This document shows positions 60,846-64,000 of a stretch of 64,000 nt of DNA, piece by piece (positions within the stretch are counted from its first letter, which is position 1; every line of letters starts with the position of its first letter). The notes under the pieces were generated by a model. It was not told the DNA's origin and did not search any database. It worked only from the letters and a program-made list of their open reading frames with translations. The position numbers and the translations under genes were made by a program. Source of the DNA: Phyllosticta citribraziliensis (Eukaryota); NCBI RefSeq assembly GCF_038025025.1, contig NW_027117347.1:186001-250000 (forward strand). The letters run 5' to 3'.

Positions 60846-62580
60846 ATGACGATGGATGCCCAAGGCAATTCGATGGATATCAAGAAAGACGATACGATAC
60901 GCATTGAGGACGTCAGCAATGGCGACTCTTACGGGTTAATTGACGACTCGATCGAGCAGACGGAGTGTGGGAAGATGACGTGGGTGATTTGTATTGCCGT
61001 TTCGATTGGCGGATTTCTTTTTGGTGAGCCAAACTCCAGTGCCGTATTCTCAGATCCGGGACCAACGTGAGACAGGCTACGATACCGGTGTCATCTCCGC
61101 TGTGCTCGTAACAATCAAACAAGACCTTGGGCAGGACTTGTCGGCCAGCGAGCAAGAACTCATCACGTCTCTCACCTCGGGTGGTGCCTTTGTCGGCGCC
61201 ATGATTGCCGGCTGCACCGCCGACAAGTATGGCCGCAAATCCGGAATGTATTTTGGCAGTGTTCTCTTCACCCTTGGTACAATCATCATGGCCACATCCT
61301 ACAGCCTCGAGCAAATGTGTGTCGGACGTTTCGTCGTCGGCTTGGGCGTCGGAAGCGCCGCCATGATCATCCCGCTTTACATTGGCGAACTGGCTCCGTC
61401 GAAATACCGCGGCAGAATGATTGCTTTTGACAACATGTGTGTAACCTTTGGTCAACTCATCAGCTATTCCTTCGGAGCCGGCTTTACCGACGTAGCCCAC
61501 GGATGGAGATACATGGTAGCGATCGGTGGTGTTCCTGCGGTCTTGCTGGGTTGCATCATGCCCCTCTGCCCCGAGTCCCCTCGACAACTGGTGAGCCATG
61601 GAAAGCTTGAAGAGGCCGAGAAAGTCATCAAGCGCGTCTTTCCCCAGGCAACGGACAAACAAGTCAAGGACAAGATTCAGCTTATCCTCAACAGCGTACA
61701 CGAAGTGACTGCCGCATTGGAAGACAAGAGCATCTGGTGGCAGTTGAAGCAGCTGTTTTGCGTCCCAGCAAACTTTCGACCGCTCATCTCGACTTGTGTT
61801 GTAGGCGCCGGTAAGTATGCTGACCCTATCTGTGAGCCATGCTCATTCGATTAGTTTCGCAACTGGGAGGCTTCAACACTCTCATGTACTACTCGGGTAC
61901 AATTTTCGGGCTGGTAGGATTCAACAAGCCCACGGTCGTATCCATCGTTGTAGGCGCAACCAACTTTACCTTTTCTCTCTTCTGCGTCACCATTCTCGAT
62001 CGCTTTGGCCGTCGCAAGACAGTCTGCGTCTCGGCTCTCGGCATGTCGTTGTCACTCGTCGTTGCGGCTGCAGCGTTCCATTATATCCCGGTCAACAAAG
62101 ACCTCAAGATTGAAACCCAGAGTGTTGGCTGGCCTGGATACCTCGTCCTCACAACCATCATCATTTACATTGGTTTCTTCGCCTCCGGAGTCGCCACCAT
62201 CACCTGGGTCGGAACAGAGTTGTTGCCTGTGGAAGTTCGTGCCTTGGGTACCATGACTGTAAGTCGAAATGATGATTTGGAGACCGTGGCTCACACCTAG
62301 ACAGAACACTGGAGTAGTCTGGGGCTGCAACATCATCATTGCTTCCACTTTCCTTTCGATGATGAAAAATATAAGCCCAACGGGTGCTTTCGGCTTTTAT
62401 TCTGGAATTTGTTTTCTCGGGTGGCTTTTCGTTCTTGTTGGATACCCCGATGTTACTGGTATGCCCCTGGAAACGGTGAGAGAAGTTTACACACACGGCT
62501 TTGGCGTCAAGTTTGCGTCGAAGCTCCAAAAGGAGCGCAAGTTTGCAGAGAGAAATGGCGCGCTCATGACAGCGGCCTGA
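60846..62580 (+). CDS. MFS sugar porter, myo-inositol transporter-like
   Basis: IGGFLF|GYDTGVIS, ADKYGRK, GRFVVGLGVG, YIGELAP..YRG, GWRYM, PESPR, QLGGFNTLMYY, DRFGRR, ELLPVEVRALG. Three introns. Confidence 0.92.
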
Positions 62581-62618
62581 TGCGGGGGATAGCCTTTTAT
62601 GGCTAATCTATAGCCTAT

Positions 62619-64000
62619 TTATACATCTTCGAATTGCCTCACCAACAGACCCTGCTGTTGAAGGTGCTCCTTGACTTGCTTGACGGTGTACTCTCCACGG
62701 TGGAACTACATCTGTTAGTAATGTGGTGAGGAGTAAGGGGAGTAACTTACCATTCCCGCACCAAGCGCAGCATCAGTTGGCGTCTTCTCAAACACCTCGG
62801 CAAAGTGGCCAGGGTGACCAGCACCACTGCTGGCAATGACGGGAATCTTGATGGAGGCCTTGACGTCATTGATCAACTCGAGGTCAAAGCCGCTGTTGGT
62901 GCCGTCCTTGTCGATGCAGTTGAGCAGGATTTCTCCGCACCCCATGACCTCAACAGCCTGTACGAGCTGTATCACGTCAAAGTCGCGAGTCTCCCGGCCA
63001 CCCTTGATCGTGCATGCATACCAGCAGTACTCTTCTCCGTTGGGGCCAGGAGTGGAACTCTTGACGGTGTGGTGAGAGGTGGCTTCGGGCGAGCCCACGT
63101 ACTGACGCTTGGGGTCCACGCTGACGACAACAGCTTGGTTTCCGTATGCCGCGGAAATGGTCTCAATGGCGGTAGTGCCGGCAAGAGTCTTTCCGCGAGC
63201 ATAGTACTCCTCAGCCGCGGTAACGGCATCGGAACCAATGCTGACCTTGTCCGCACCCGACTTGAAGTACATGGACGCAATGTCCAGTGCAGATACCTTG
63301 GTGCCATCCGTGTCCACAGTGTCGCGGATACCACCGCCAATGGTAAGAGGAACGAAGACGGTCTCCGATGTCCGTCGGAGAATCTCCAGCATGGGCGTAT
63401 CAGCGACTGGGCAGTTGCGGAAGGAAGTAATGTTCAAAAAGGTGACCTCGTCTGCGCCTTGTTCGTAGTACTTTCTTGCCATGTCCACAGGCTTGCCCAG
63501 GTTCCGAACAGCACCACCAGCATCGACACCGTCTTTCTCTCTGACGTCATATTGGTCTCCCTTGGTGACGACGAGGTCTCCTTGGTCATTTGTGCGGACA
63601 TCCAGACAGGCAATGACACGACGAGTGAGACCTTCTCTTGCAGCTTGGGCAGACGGCTGCTGCGGTAGCTTGGTCACCTGCTGTCCGTCACAGAATGCCT
63701 TGAGGACTCTGAGACCAGCGGCTCCACTCTTTTCGGGGTGGAACTGAGTCAAAAGCACATTGTCCTTAGCCAGGGCACCGACAAACTCCTCGTTCCCGTA
63801 CCTGGCGGTAGCGACGGTCCATCCTTTGCTTTCAAGCTGACCCTCGACGTAGGGGAGCGCGAACGAGTGGACGTAGTAGTACTTGCTGTCCGGCCTCAGA
63901 CCGTAGACACTGTCTCCAGTGACGTTGCCCGCCCTGGAGGTGTTTGCCGAGTTCCAGCCAATGTGAGGGACCGCCTTGTCCGAGTCGTCGAAGCGCTTCA
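62619..64000 (-). CDS. HIS7: Imidazole glycerol phosphate synthase HisHF, 5' part outside the window
   Basis: [73 protein letters not shown]; intron about 62707-62750, then [12 protein letters not shown]...EDV*. Confidence 0.97.

Overview
Gene-dense, GC-rich genomic DNA from a filamentous ascomycete (Pezizomycotina; Dothideomycete-like is a guess). Short GT-AG introns with CTAAC/CTGAC branch sites split most genes, so the ORF track is fragmentary; I spliced the genes by eye. Conserved genes, in order: a TPT-family nucleotide-sugar transporter, Vps62-like, a TFIIIC subunit, COP1, an SDR, AIP1, an allantoate-type MFS permease, MRPL19/uL11m, RPN12, ornithine decarboxylase antizyme (with a clear TCC-TGA +1 frameshift site), the clock gene frq, DPH7, a P450/Zn2Cys6/sugar-porter trio and HIS7. 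The most unusual part is an accessory-looking block at about 25.6-37.7 kb. It holds a spliced ~827-aa orphan that appears to combine an SH3-like domain, a GIY-YIG nuclease motif set and a six-cysteine Zn-cluster-like motif. That gene has a ~150-bp tandem array downstream and a 16-bp motif in three copies upstream. The block also holds a three-exon orphan with two C4 zinc fingers (one GATA-like) and an ~89-bp hairpin-forming tandem repeat. All domain calls are by motif recognition only; no searches were run.
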